From IMG/VR virus record IMGVR_UViG_3300027754_000101, positions 1 through 59,835 of that record: DNA of 59,835 nucleotides; one strand, given 5' to 3'. Shown piece after piece: positions 7,807-15,119 of this stretch (positions are counted from its first letter, which is position 1; the number at the start of each line of letters is the position of its first letter). The DNA comes from a virus. Its lineage: Duplodnaviria; Caudoviricetes. A program made the position numbers and the translations under genes. The notes beneath the pieces were generated by a model. It saw nothing but the letters and a program-made list of their open reading frames with translations, had not been told where the DNA came from and made no database searches.

Positions 7807-8228
7807 ACGAAATCTTTCATCCTGCTTTCTTTGGTTATGAGAATCTTCCTGATAGTATTGAGATTGAAAACCGTAAATTGATTCCAGTAAAAGCATTACG
7901 TTTGAAGTATCAAGGAACCTCTAATAGTGATGGTGCATTTTGTGTCAAAAACATTCGTGCCCTCTGTAAGTTTCTAGAAATACAATTACATCGTCCAGTG
8001 AGAGGATTGTATTGTATTGAAGAACGTTATCAAAAGTTCTTTAATACTCTCTATCAATTTTATATCAAAGAAGTTTCATCATATAATATTCATTATTCAA
8101 ATCACTACTATAATTACAAGGGAGATTTGATGTGGTGCACCAAGAATTGGCGCACTGGTGAAATATTGCACGAAAAGAAATGTGATGGTAGAGTGATTAA
8201 AAATATATTCTATGGAGTGATGGTATAA
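7794..8228 (+). CDS. Hypothetical protein
   Basis: 144-aa ORF starting MTLD within the second direct repeat. Confidence 0.7.
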   Translation: MTLDNEIFHPAFFGYENLPDSIEIENRKLIPVKALRLKYQGTSNSDGAFCVKNIRALCKFLEIQLHRPVRGLYCIEERYQKFFNTLYQFYIKEVSSYNIHYSNHYYNYKGDLMWCTKNWRTGEILHEKKCDGRVIKNIFYGVMV

Positions 8229-8320
8229 CACTTAAAGAGGAAGGAGTTTGCCTCATCTTTTCAACTAAAGTCACTCTGTAAAGTATAGATAATTTCTAAA
8301 TGTAGGTGGGTTGGTTAATA

Positions 8321-8350
8321 AGAGGAGACTGGTAATCTCCTCTCTTTTTT
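8321..8350 (+). terminator. Intrinsic terminator
   Basis: AGAGGAGA-ctggtaa-TCTCCTCT followed by a T-run. Confidence 0.85.
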
Positions 8351-8574
8351 ATGCTTATTAATACGAATTCGTATCAAAATAATGTTAATATGAATTAAAA
8401 TCAATTAAAAAAGGTATTATTAATCATTATGACGTGTTTGTGTTGATTAGGATAAGTATTCGTAATGTGTATTTGTGATGTTCTTATATGTTGATGAATG
8501 TATGATACTTTGGTGAATTGTATGATATTTTGATGCTCTTATAAATGCTCAGAATCCTTGTTATCTTAGCGAGC

Positions 8575-8603
8575 ATTCTATCACAAACACCCAGGAATGT
8601 CAA
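8575..8603 (-). promoter_or_regulatory. Leftward sigma70-type promoter
   Basis: Minus strand reads TTGACA-17 bp-TAGAAT with an extended TGn. Confidence 0.7.
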
Positions 8604-8692
8604 CCCCCCGAATATTTCTCCCCACCAGCATTACAAAATCTCACAAATACTCTGAAAAACACACTAATACCTTATAAATACCCCCAAGGTAC

Positions 8693-8721
8693 TTGACAAT
8701 GAACGACAGGTATCTTATACT
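8693..8721 (+). promoter_or_regulatory. Sigma70-type early promoter
   Basis: TTGACA-17 bp-TATACT; a TATAAATA late box also lies at 8673-8680. Confidence 0.8.
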
Positions 8722-8748
8722 GTACACATACATAAATGGAGCACTATT

Positions 8749-8928
8749 ATGTCGGTTGCGTATTCCCAAGCACAGAAGCAAAAGTATAGAGTGACACTGG
8801 AACTTGATGTTCTGAATGACTTTGACCCACACAATATGGACTGGGCAAAAGTATTTAAGTTAGAACCAGCAGAACACTGTGAGGCATATGTAGAGGACTT
8901 AAGTACACCCGACAGTTTTAGTATGTAA
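8749..8928 (+). CDS. Small conserved hypothetical protein (59 aa, MSVAYSQAQKQKYRVTLELDV...)
   Basis: Translated by hand; GGAG Shine-Dalgarno at 8738-8741. Confidence 0.75.
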   Translation: MSVAYSQAQKQKYRVTLELDVLNDFDPHNMDWAKVFKLEPAEHCEAYVEDLSTPDSFSM

Positions 8929-8945
8929 GGAATATTGGGGCAGTC

Positions 8946-9012
8946 AAGAATGTTGGGGGCAATAGTCTTGATTTAAGACCCCAACATTCTTATAAATAGT
9001 ATACCCCCAACA
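8946..9012 (+). promoter_or_regulatory. Hairpin plus late promoter upstream of the HNH gene
   Basis: AAGAATGTTGGGG/CCCCAACATTCTT inverted repeat; TATAAATA at 8991-8998; second CCCCCAACA at 9004-9012. Confidence 0.7.
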
Positions 9013-9021
9013 CAGAAAAAA

Positions 9022-9555
9022 ATGAAAGAACACCCCAAGCATTCTGGTTACTTTATTACAGAAGATGGCCAGGTGTGGAGTTATTGGAAAACTCGCGGTA
9101 AACTTAATGGTAGAGGTGTAGATAGCTATATTGACTATACATCAAATCCTTACCTAAAAAAATCAAGTTTAAGAACTGATGGTAGGTATGATATGCCAAT
9201 AAAAGGAAAGAACTATAAACTGCACAGATTAGTAGCAGAAACTTACATCGAAAATCCATACAATCTTTTAGAGGTTAATCATATTGATGAGGATGTTTCT
9301 AATAATCACGTAAGCAACTTAGAGTGGTGCAATAGACAATATAATGCTGAATATTCGTTAGCAAAGTACTTTGATATTCTGCACGTAAAAACTAACAAAG
9401 TGTGTACTGTATTCAATATAACTCAGTGGTGTAAAGAAAATAAAGTCGATATATCAACCCTATACAAAACAAACAACACGCGAGCACCAAATAAGACAGT
9501 TAAAGGGTATAAACTATTAGGGGAGAATACTATCAGATATCGGGAGATTTTTTAG
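9022..9555 (+). CDS. Free-standing HNH homing endonuclease
   Basis: LHRLVAETYI...VNHIDEDVSNNHVSNLEWC; NUMOD4-like N-terminus (YFITEDGQVWS). Confidence 0.9.
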   Translation: MKEHPKHSGYFITEDGQVWSYWKTRGKLNGRGVDSYIDYTSNPYLKKSSLRTDGRYDMPIKGKNYKLHRLVAETYIENPYNLLEVNHIDEDVSNNHVSNLEWCNRQYNAEYSLAKYFDILHVKTNKVCTVFNITQWCKENKVDISTLYKTNNTRAPNKTVKGYKLLGENTIRYREIF

Positions 9556-9588
9556 TATCTATGAATACTTAGAGTTTCTTACATGTTA

Positions 9589-9614
9589 TGGGCCCCTGAA
9601 AGTGTCCCTATAGT
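9589..9614 (+). repeat. 26-bp repeat, copy 7
   Basis: TGGGCCCCTGAAAGTGTCCCTATAGT. Confidence 0.95.
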
Positions 9615-9635
9615 ATGACCACTACCCAAACCAAG

Positions 9636-9893
9636 ATGACCTCTGCAACCTATCAACTCAATGCTCTTGATATTAGTTACAATGGGTGGAACAACTATGA
9701 AACCTGGAACGTTGCATTGTGGATAAACAATGATGAGAGTTTGTATAACTTAGCACAAGATTGTGGTGATTACGAAACTCTGGTAAAGTGTCTCTATGAT
9801 GAGTATGGAGTGACTGAAACAAAGGATGGAGTTAAGTTCAATTCTCCTAAGGTGAATGTGGTACAACTTAACTCTGATGTGTTCGATTTCTAA
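9636..9893 (+). CDS. Conserved phage hypothetical protein
   Basis: YNGWNNYETWNVALWINND motif. Confidence 0.8.
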   Translation: MTSATYQLNALDISYNGWNNYETWNVALWINNDESLYNLAQDCGDYETLVKCLYDEYGVTETKDGVKFNSPKVNVVQLNSDVFDF

Positions 9894-9903
9894 GTAACAA
9901 TCA

Positions 9904-9937
9904 AGAGGAATGAGATGCGCCTCTATAAAGACACTCA
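9904..9937 (+). ncRNA. Putative H-type pseudoknot RNA (related copy at 8235-8277)
   Basis: P1 AGAGG/CCTCT, P2 TGAG/CTCA, A-rich linker. Confidence 0.4.
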
Positions 9938-9973
9938 CCACTCAAACAGTTAACTCAACTTTCTTTTGTTATT

Positions 9974-10108
9974 ATGTCTAAGTCTGTGATTCTTTCTTTG
10001 TTGGCACAAGGTAACACTGCCACCGAAATCTTGACGATTCTTGATATGCTTGTAGAGAGCATTGTTGAGGATAATATTGATAGTTGTGCTGAGGTGTTTG
10101 CAATCTGA
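9974..10108 (+). CDS. Small hypothetical protein (44 aa, MSKSVILSLLAQGNT...)
   Basis: Translated by hand. Confidence 0.65.
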   Translation: MSKSVILSLLAQGNTATEILTILDMLVESIVEDNIDSCAEVFAI

Positions 10109-10159
10109 TAGTTAGCAACTGTGTGCCCCTAGGTCGTTAGACAGAGCGTGAGCGATGTG

Positions 10160-10188
10160 TTGACACCGTGGGGCAGCAGTGTTATACT
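10160..10188 (+). promoter_or_regulatory. Sigma70-type promoter ahead of a G-rich non-coding tract
   Basis: TTGACA-17 bp-TATACT with an extended TGn. Confidence 0.8.
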
Positions 10189-10330
10189 TAGTGATGGGGG
10201 CAGTGTTTATGGGGCGTCGGTTGGGCGTTGATGGCGGCGTTGCGTATATAAAAACCCTCCACTACCCTAACCTACACTGTATGTCTTTTTCGATCTATGT
10301 ATCACTCTCATATAAAAAATTCTCCCAGAA

Positions 10331-10486
10331 ATGAGAACGCATAAAACTAATTTCAGAAGAAGATCGCCCTACTGGAACTTCTTTAGAGTAGTTCTTGCAG
10401 GATGGATGATTAGGTACCCAAAACAAACATTCTTTATACCTCTTGGATTTTTATTAGTTCTCATATATAATGCTGTTGTGAAATAA
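10331..10486 (+). CDS. Small membrane protein (51 aa, ...PYWNFFRVVLAGWMIRYP...)
   Basis: Translated by hand; basic N-terminus and hydrophobic C-terminus. Confidence 0.65.
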   Translation: MRTHKTNFRRRSPYWNFFRVVLAGWMIRYPKQTFFIPLGFLLVLIYNAVVK

Positions 10487-10517
10487 ATCATGACAAAAAA
10501 ATCCCCCAGTAAAAATA

Positions 10518-10718
10518 ATGTATAATACTGAAAAAATATATCACATATATGCAAAGGATAAATGTTTATTTCACTCAATTAAAGAAGAGGAATTTCATAC
10601 TACGTGGAAAACTATAAAAGGTATGGTTGGTATTATTAAAACTGACTATTGTATTCAAGATTTATCATATGAAGAACTTTCTTTAAATAAAGAAATTATT
10701 TTAAATTCTTCACATTAA
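10518..10718 (+). CDS. Small conserved hypothetical protein
   Basis: 66-aa ORF (YHIYAKDKCLF). Confidence 0.75.
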   Translation: MYNTEKIYHIYAKDKCLFHSIKEEEFHTTWKTIKGMVGIIKTDYCIQDLSYEELSLNKEIILNSSH

Positions 10719-10727
10719 TTTTCCATA

Positions 10728-10756
10728 TTGACAATACCTATATAAACTGTTAAAAT
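10728..10756 (+). promoter_or_regulatory. Sigma70-type promoter
   Basis: TTGACA-17 bp-TAAAAT with an extended TGn. Confidence 0.75.
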
Positions 10757-10781
10757 TGAAATGAAGGTTGACTAAATTTTT

Positions 10782-11555
10782 ATGGCAAAAGGATTCACTG
10801 TAAAAGCATCAGCACCAAGGACATCAGCACCAACAGAAGATTGGGACTATGGTGCAATTAAAGAAAGAATGAAAGGAAAGAGTATAGTATTCTGTCTTCC
10901 AGGACGTGGATGCTCTTTTATATTTCTCAAGGCATTTGTACAACTTTGTTTTGATATTGTACAAAATGGAATGAGTATTCAGATCTCACAAGATTACTCA
11001 TCAATGGTAAACTTTGCACGTTGTAAATGTTTAGGTGCAAATGTATTAAGAGGTCCTAAGCAAATTCCGTGGGATGGAAAATTGCAATATGACTATCAAC
11101 TATGGATTGACTCTGACATTGTTTTTGATACAAATAAGTTTTGGCAACTTTGTGATATGGCACTCAATGCTGAAGGTGAAGAAAAAGAAATCGTTGGTGG
11201 ATGGTATGCCACGGAAGATGGGCACACAACATCTGTCGCACATTGGTTAGAAGAAGATGACTTCCGCAAGAATGGTGGAGTTATGAATCATGAAACTGTT
11301 GATAGTATCTCAAAGCGTCGTAAGCCCTTTACTGTTGACTATACAGGATTTGGTTGGGTATTGATTAAGAAAGGTGTATTTGAAAACCTTGAATACCCTT
11401 GGTTTGCACCTAAGATGCAAGTCTTTGAATCTGGTGCGGTCCAGGACATGTGTGGCGAGGATGTCTCATTCTGTCTTGATGCAATTGAAAAGGGATTCGA
11501 TATTTGGTGCGATCCTCGCATTCGTGTCGGACATGAAAAGACTCGTATTATTTAA
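10782..11555 (+). CDS. GT-A fold glycosyltransferase-like protein
   Basis: WIDSDIVF (DxD), TGFGWVLIKKGVFE, GEDVSFC and RVGH motifs. Confidence 0.8.
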   Translation: MAKGFTVKASAPRTSAPTEDWDYGAIKERMKGKSIVFCLPGRGCSFIFLKAFVQLCFDIVQNGMSIQISQDYSSMVNFARCKCLGANVLRGPKQIPWDGKLQYDYQLWIDSDIVFDTNKFWQLCDMALNAEGEEKEIVGGWYATEDGHTTSVAHWLEEDDFRKNGGVMNHETVDSISKRRKPFTVDYTGFGWVLIKKGVFENLEYPWFAPKMQVFESGAVQDMCGEDVSFCLDAIEKGFDIWCDPRIRVGHEKTRII

Positions 11556-11569
11556 TATAGGATAATTAT

Positions 11570-11716
11570 ATGGCAGCAAATCGTAAATCACTGAGTGGTT
11601 CAGATGGTGTTGAGTCTCATCCCAAGAATACTCGACAGGGAAATGGGAAACACACAAAGTATACTGCAACGAGCAGAAACAACGCACGAAAACCTCGTAG
11701 AGGACAGGGTAAATAA
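11570..11716 (+). CDS. Small basic protein (48 aa, ends RRGQGK)
   Basis: Translated by hand; the RGQG C-terminus is common in small basic phage proteins. Confidence 0.7.
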   Translation: MAANRKSLSGSDGVESHPKNTRQGNGKHTKYTATSRNNARKPRRGQGK

Positions 11717-11722
11717 TCTTTC

Positions 11723-11750
11723 AGGGCATCTCGTTATGAGGTGCCTTTTT
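11723..11750 (+). terminator. Intrinsic terminator
   Basis: AGGGCATCTC-gttat-GAGGTGCCTT followed by a T-run. Confidence 0.8.
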
Positions 11751-11844
11751 ATTGCTTGTGTGACCTTATAGATACTTATGAGAGGCGCTCTCGTCTCTCG
11801 CAGGAAGTTTGAATTGAACCATAAAAAACCATGAAAGTCTAAAA

Positions 11845-12540
11845 ATGTCTTACCTAAATCACAATCTTCCAACTTTTACTTGTTATATTCGTAATGAGTT
11901 TCTTTATAATCATAAAAAAAGGAATGGAGATGTAACTTTGTGTGACATACACTCTGTAGCATCCTTAGAGAAGCATGTACCCCTCTTTGAGGCGTTTCTA
12001 GAGAATGGGGTCAACTGGACTCGCAGACCAATTCATGCATTTTGTTGGAAACCAGATGCTCCAGTTTCAGAATTAGAAGAGTGTATGTGGTGGGATTGCT
12101 TTTCTCCTTATATTGATGTTCAGGTACGTTCAAGATTGGCTAACTTACGTGCTGAACTTATCAACTATAAGGGCAAAAAGAATGAAGGAACTTATATGTT
12201 TACTTTAGATTGGTCATGGGAATCAAAATCTACTTTGAACACGAACTTTAGTGAGACACCAGAGCATAAATGTGCTCATTTTTTCAAGATGGATAATGGA
12301 AACTTCTATGCATATCCAAATAATAAAATTTTATGGTATGACGATGCATGGACACGCAATAGAATTACCAAAAATCCAGGGTATGAAATCGATATGACTG
12401 AATATTCTGTTGAAAATCTTCGTAAAATTGAAACATCAGATGATTTTATGTACGAAGTAACGGAAATTAGGGATAGCAACCCCGTAAAAAGTTCTGATTT
12501 AACCAATCAGGAGCAAAAAAATGGGACAACCCTCGGATAG
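11845..12540 (+). CDS. Conserved phage hypothetical protein
   Basis: 231 aa; YLNHNLP, EHKCAH and YPNNKI motifs. Confidence 0.8.
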   Translation: MSYLNHNLPTFTCYIRNEFLYNHKKRNGDVTLCDIHSVASLEKHVPLFEAFLENGVNWTRRPIHAFCWKPDAPVSELEECMWWDCFSPYIDVQVRSRLANLRAELINYKGKKNEGTYMFTLDWSWESKSTLNTNFSETPEHKCAHFFKMDNGNFYAYPNNKILWYDDAWTRNRITKNPGYEIDMTEYSVENLRKIETSDDFMYEVTEIRDSNPVKSSDLTNQEQKNGTTLG

Positions 12541-12769
12541 AGACAAGGATTACATGAAAGAAGTGTGGGGAACTACAAAATTAATCACAGATTACATGGT
12601 AACACCACCAAAAATGCTTCGTGAGATTGCAAATGACGATTTAACACCAAAAAAACATGATTTTGTGACTCAAAACGAACTTCATGAGAAAATTCGTAAC
12701 GATGATGACTATGATGATTGGGAATATGGAGCAGAACCATTATATGAGTCAAAAAACTATAATAAATAA
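12521..12769 (+). CDS. Hypothetical protein
   Basis: 82-aa ORF preceded by AGGAG. Confidence 0.7.
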   Translation: MGQPSDRDKDYMKEVWGTTKLITDYMVTPPKMLREIANDDLTPKKHDFVTQNELHEKIRNDDDYDDWEYGAEPLYESKNYNK

Positions 12770-12788
12770 GATAGATTCAGAGCATTAA

Positions 12789-13190
12789 ATGCCTTTAGAA
12801 AGGGTAAGTCAAGGTTTTAAAGATATTAGTATGACTTTTCAGAGTAATCCTTTGAGTAGTGACTTGATTACCCTTAAAAATGAAAGCGCAATTGCACGTT
12901 CAATTCGAAATATTGTATTTACTGTACCAGGAGAGAAATTTTTTAATGAAAATTTTGGTTCTAGAGTAAGTAAGTCTTTATTTGAAAATGTTGACGATAT
13001 ATCGGCATCTATTATTCAGGATGAAATCGAAAATTCAATTTTAAATTATGAACCAAGAGTTGAATTGATTGAAGTTAAAACAAATCCTAACTATGATAAT
13101 AACGAATTTAATGTAACTATAATTTATAAAATTATTGGTGCTGATGTGTCTACGCAACAATTAGAGTTCGTCTTGCAACCTACTAGGTAA
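12789..13190 (+). CDS. gp25: Baseplate wedge protein gp25
   Basis: AIARSIRNIVFT-x-PGEK-x-F...FGS and YEPRV motifs; synteny. Confidence 0.92.
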   Translation: MPLERVSQGFKDISMTFQSNPLSSDLITLKNESAIARSIRNIVFTVPGEKFFNENFGSRVSKSLFENVDDISASIIQDEIENSILNYEPRVELIEVKTNPNYDNNEFNVTIIYKIIGADVSTQQLEFVLQPTR

Positions 13191-13192
13191 AA

Positions 13193-15115
13193 ATGTCATT
13201 AGTAAATTTTTCAAATCTGGATTTTGACCAGATAAAAACTACTCTCAAAGATTATTTAAGATCAAATTCGAATTTTACAGATTATGATTTTGATGGTTCA
13301 AATTTATCTACAATTTTGGATGTATTAGCATACAACACTTATATCACTTCATACAATGCCAATATGGTAACTAATGAAGTTTTTATTGATAGTGCAACTC
13401 TTAGAGAAAATGTAGTAGCACTTGCAAGAAATATTGGATATGTACCAAGATCAAAAAAATCTGCAGAAGCTAATATTTCCTTTTTTGTAGACACTTCAAG
13501 TGAAACTCTAAAACCATCATCATTGATTCTAAACAAAGGTCCAGTTGCCTCGTCTTCAGGATCTTTTGGAAATTCCTCATTTATTTTTTCAATATTAAAT
13601 GATATAACTGTTCCAGTATTTGATAATATTGCATCATTTGATAATATTTTAGTGTATGAAGGAAATTTGTTATCTACAAATTTTACTGTAAGTTCTTTTA
13701 ATCCAAATCAAAGATTTATTATTCCTAATTCTGGAATTGACACACAACATATAAATGTTTTTGTATTGGAAGATGGATCGAGAGTAAAATATCAATTAAA
13801 AAACGATTTATTTGATCTCAATTCAGAATCTAGAATTTATTTTATTCAAGAAATTGAAGATGAAAGATATGAATTACTTTTTCCCGATGGAATTTTTGGT
13901 AGAAAACTTGAAGATGGTGATGAAATTGAAATTGAATATATTGTAAATAATGGCAATTTAGCAAATGGAATAAATCAATTTCTATTCAGCGGAAGGTTGA
14001 CATATATTAAAAATAATGATTTTATTAATATAACTTCTGGAATATCTTTAATATCAGCAAATACAAATTCAAGTGGTGGTGAAGTAATTGAGTCTGTGGA
14101 GTCTATTAAAAAATATGCACCAAAAGTTTATTCTTCTTACAATAGAGCATTGACTGTTAGTGACTATGAATCTTTAATACCTTCTCGCATATATCCAGAA
14201 ACAGAATCGTTGACAGTTTTTGGTGGTGAAGATTTATCTCCTCCACAATATGGAAAAGTCTTTATAAGCATTAAACCAAGAAATGGTGATTTTATACCCA
14301 ATTTAATTAAAGAAAATATTAAAAATAAACTTAAAAAATATGCTGTTGCAGGTATTGTTCCTGAAATATTAGATTTAAAATATCTTGAAGTTGAGGTAGA
14401 TTCGAAAATATATTACAATACAAATTTGGCACCAAATTCTGCATATGTAAAAAGCATTATAAACTCAAATATAGAAAAATATGCGGAATCTAGCGAGTTA
14501 AATAAGTATGGGGCCAAATTTAAATATAGTAAATTTTTAAAAGTTATAGATCAAAGTGATCCATCAATAACTTCAAATATAACAACTGTTCAAATGAGAA
14601 GAGACTTGAGAATTGTTGCAAATTCCTTTGTTGAGTATCAAATAGGTTTTGGCAATGAATTTCACATAAAGGCATCTCAATTTAATATTAAAACAACATC
14701 TTTTAAAGCAAGAATAAGAAATCAAATTAAAGATGTATATTTTACAGATATTGTCGATAGTAATGATTCTACAAAAGGAAATATTTTTATTTTTAGTTTA
14801 CCTTCACCAGCATCTAAAGATTTTGTTATAGAAAATCAAAATGCTGGGACTGTTGATTATAAAAACGGAGTTATAACGTTAAATACTATTAATATAATTT
14901 CTGCAAAATTTAAAGATGGACGAGAAATTATAGAAATAGCAGCAATTCCACATTCCAATGATGTGATTGGAAAACAAGATTTATATTTAAGACTAGATAT
15001 AAGTAAGAGCAATTTTGAAATGATTCAAGATTCAATCTCATCAGGATTGGATTTTTCAGCTTCTAATTACACAGTATCCTCAAGTTATAGTAATGACAAT
15101 TTAGTAAGATTATAA
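13193..15115 (+). CDS. gp6: Baseplate wedge subunit gp6
   Basis: LDFDQIK...DYDFDGSNLS...LAYNT...DSATLRENVV; PPQYGKVFISIKP. Confidence 0.93.
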   Translation: MSLVNFSNLDFDQIKTTLKDYLRSNSNFTDYDFDGSNLSTILDVLAYNTYITSYNANMVTNEVFIDSATLRENVVALARNIGYVPRSKKSAEANISFFVDTSSETLKPSSLILNKGPVASSSGSFGNSSFIFSILNDITVPVFDNIASFDNILVYEGNLLSTNFTVSSFNPNQRFIIPNSGIDTQHINVFVLEDGSRVKYQLKNDLFDLNSESRIYFIQEIEDERYELLFPDGIFGRKLEDGDEIEIEYIVNNGNLANGINQFLFSGRLTYIKNNDFINITSGISLISANTNSSGGEVIESVESIKKYAPKVYSSYNRALTVSDYESLIPSRIYPETESLTVFGGEDLSPPQYGKVFISIKPRNGDFIPNLIKENIKNKLKKYAVAGIVPEILDLKYLEVEVDSKIYYNTNLAPNSAYVKSIINSNIEKYAESSELNKYGAKFKYSKFLKVIDQSDPSITSNITTVQMRRDLRIVANSFVEYQIGFGNEFHIKASQFNIKTTSFKARIRNQIKDVYFTDIVDSNDSTKGNIFIFSLPSPASKDFVIENQNAGTVDYKNGVITLNTINIISAKFKDGREIIEIAAIPHSNDVIGKQDLYLRLDISKSNFEMIQDSISSGLDFSASNYTVSSSYSNDNLVRL

Positions 15116-15119
15116 TAAA

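Noticed and set aside
1476-9614. 26-bp repeats as a CRISPR array
   Set aside because: The intervals are 0.6-2.9 kb, variable and gene-filled, and no cas genes are present.
9904-9937. Canonical preQ1-I riboswitch
   Set aside because: The architecture is similar, but the conserved loop pyrimidines are absent and no queuosine genes are nearby; kept only as an unknown pseudoknot.
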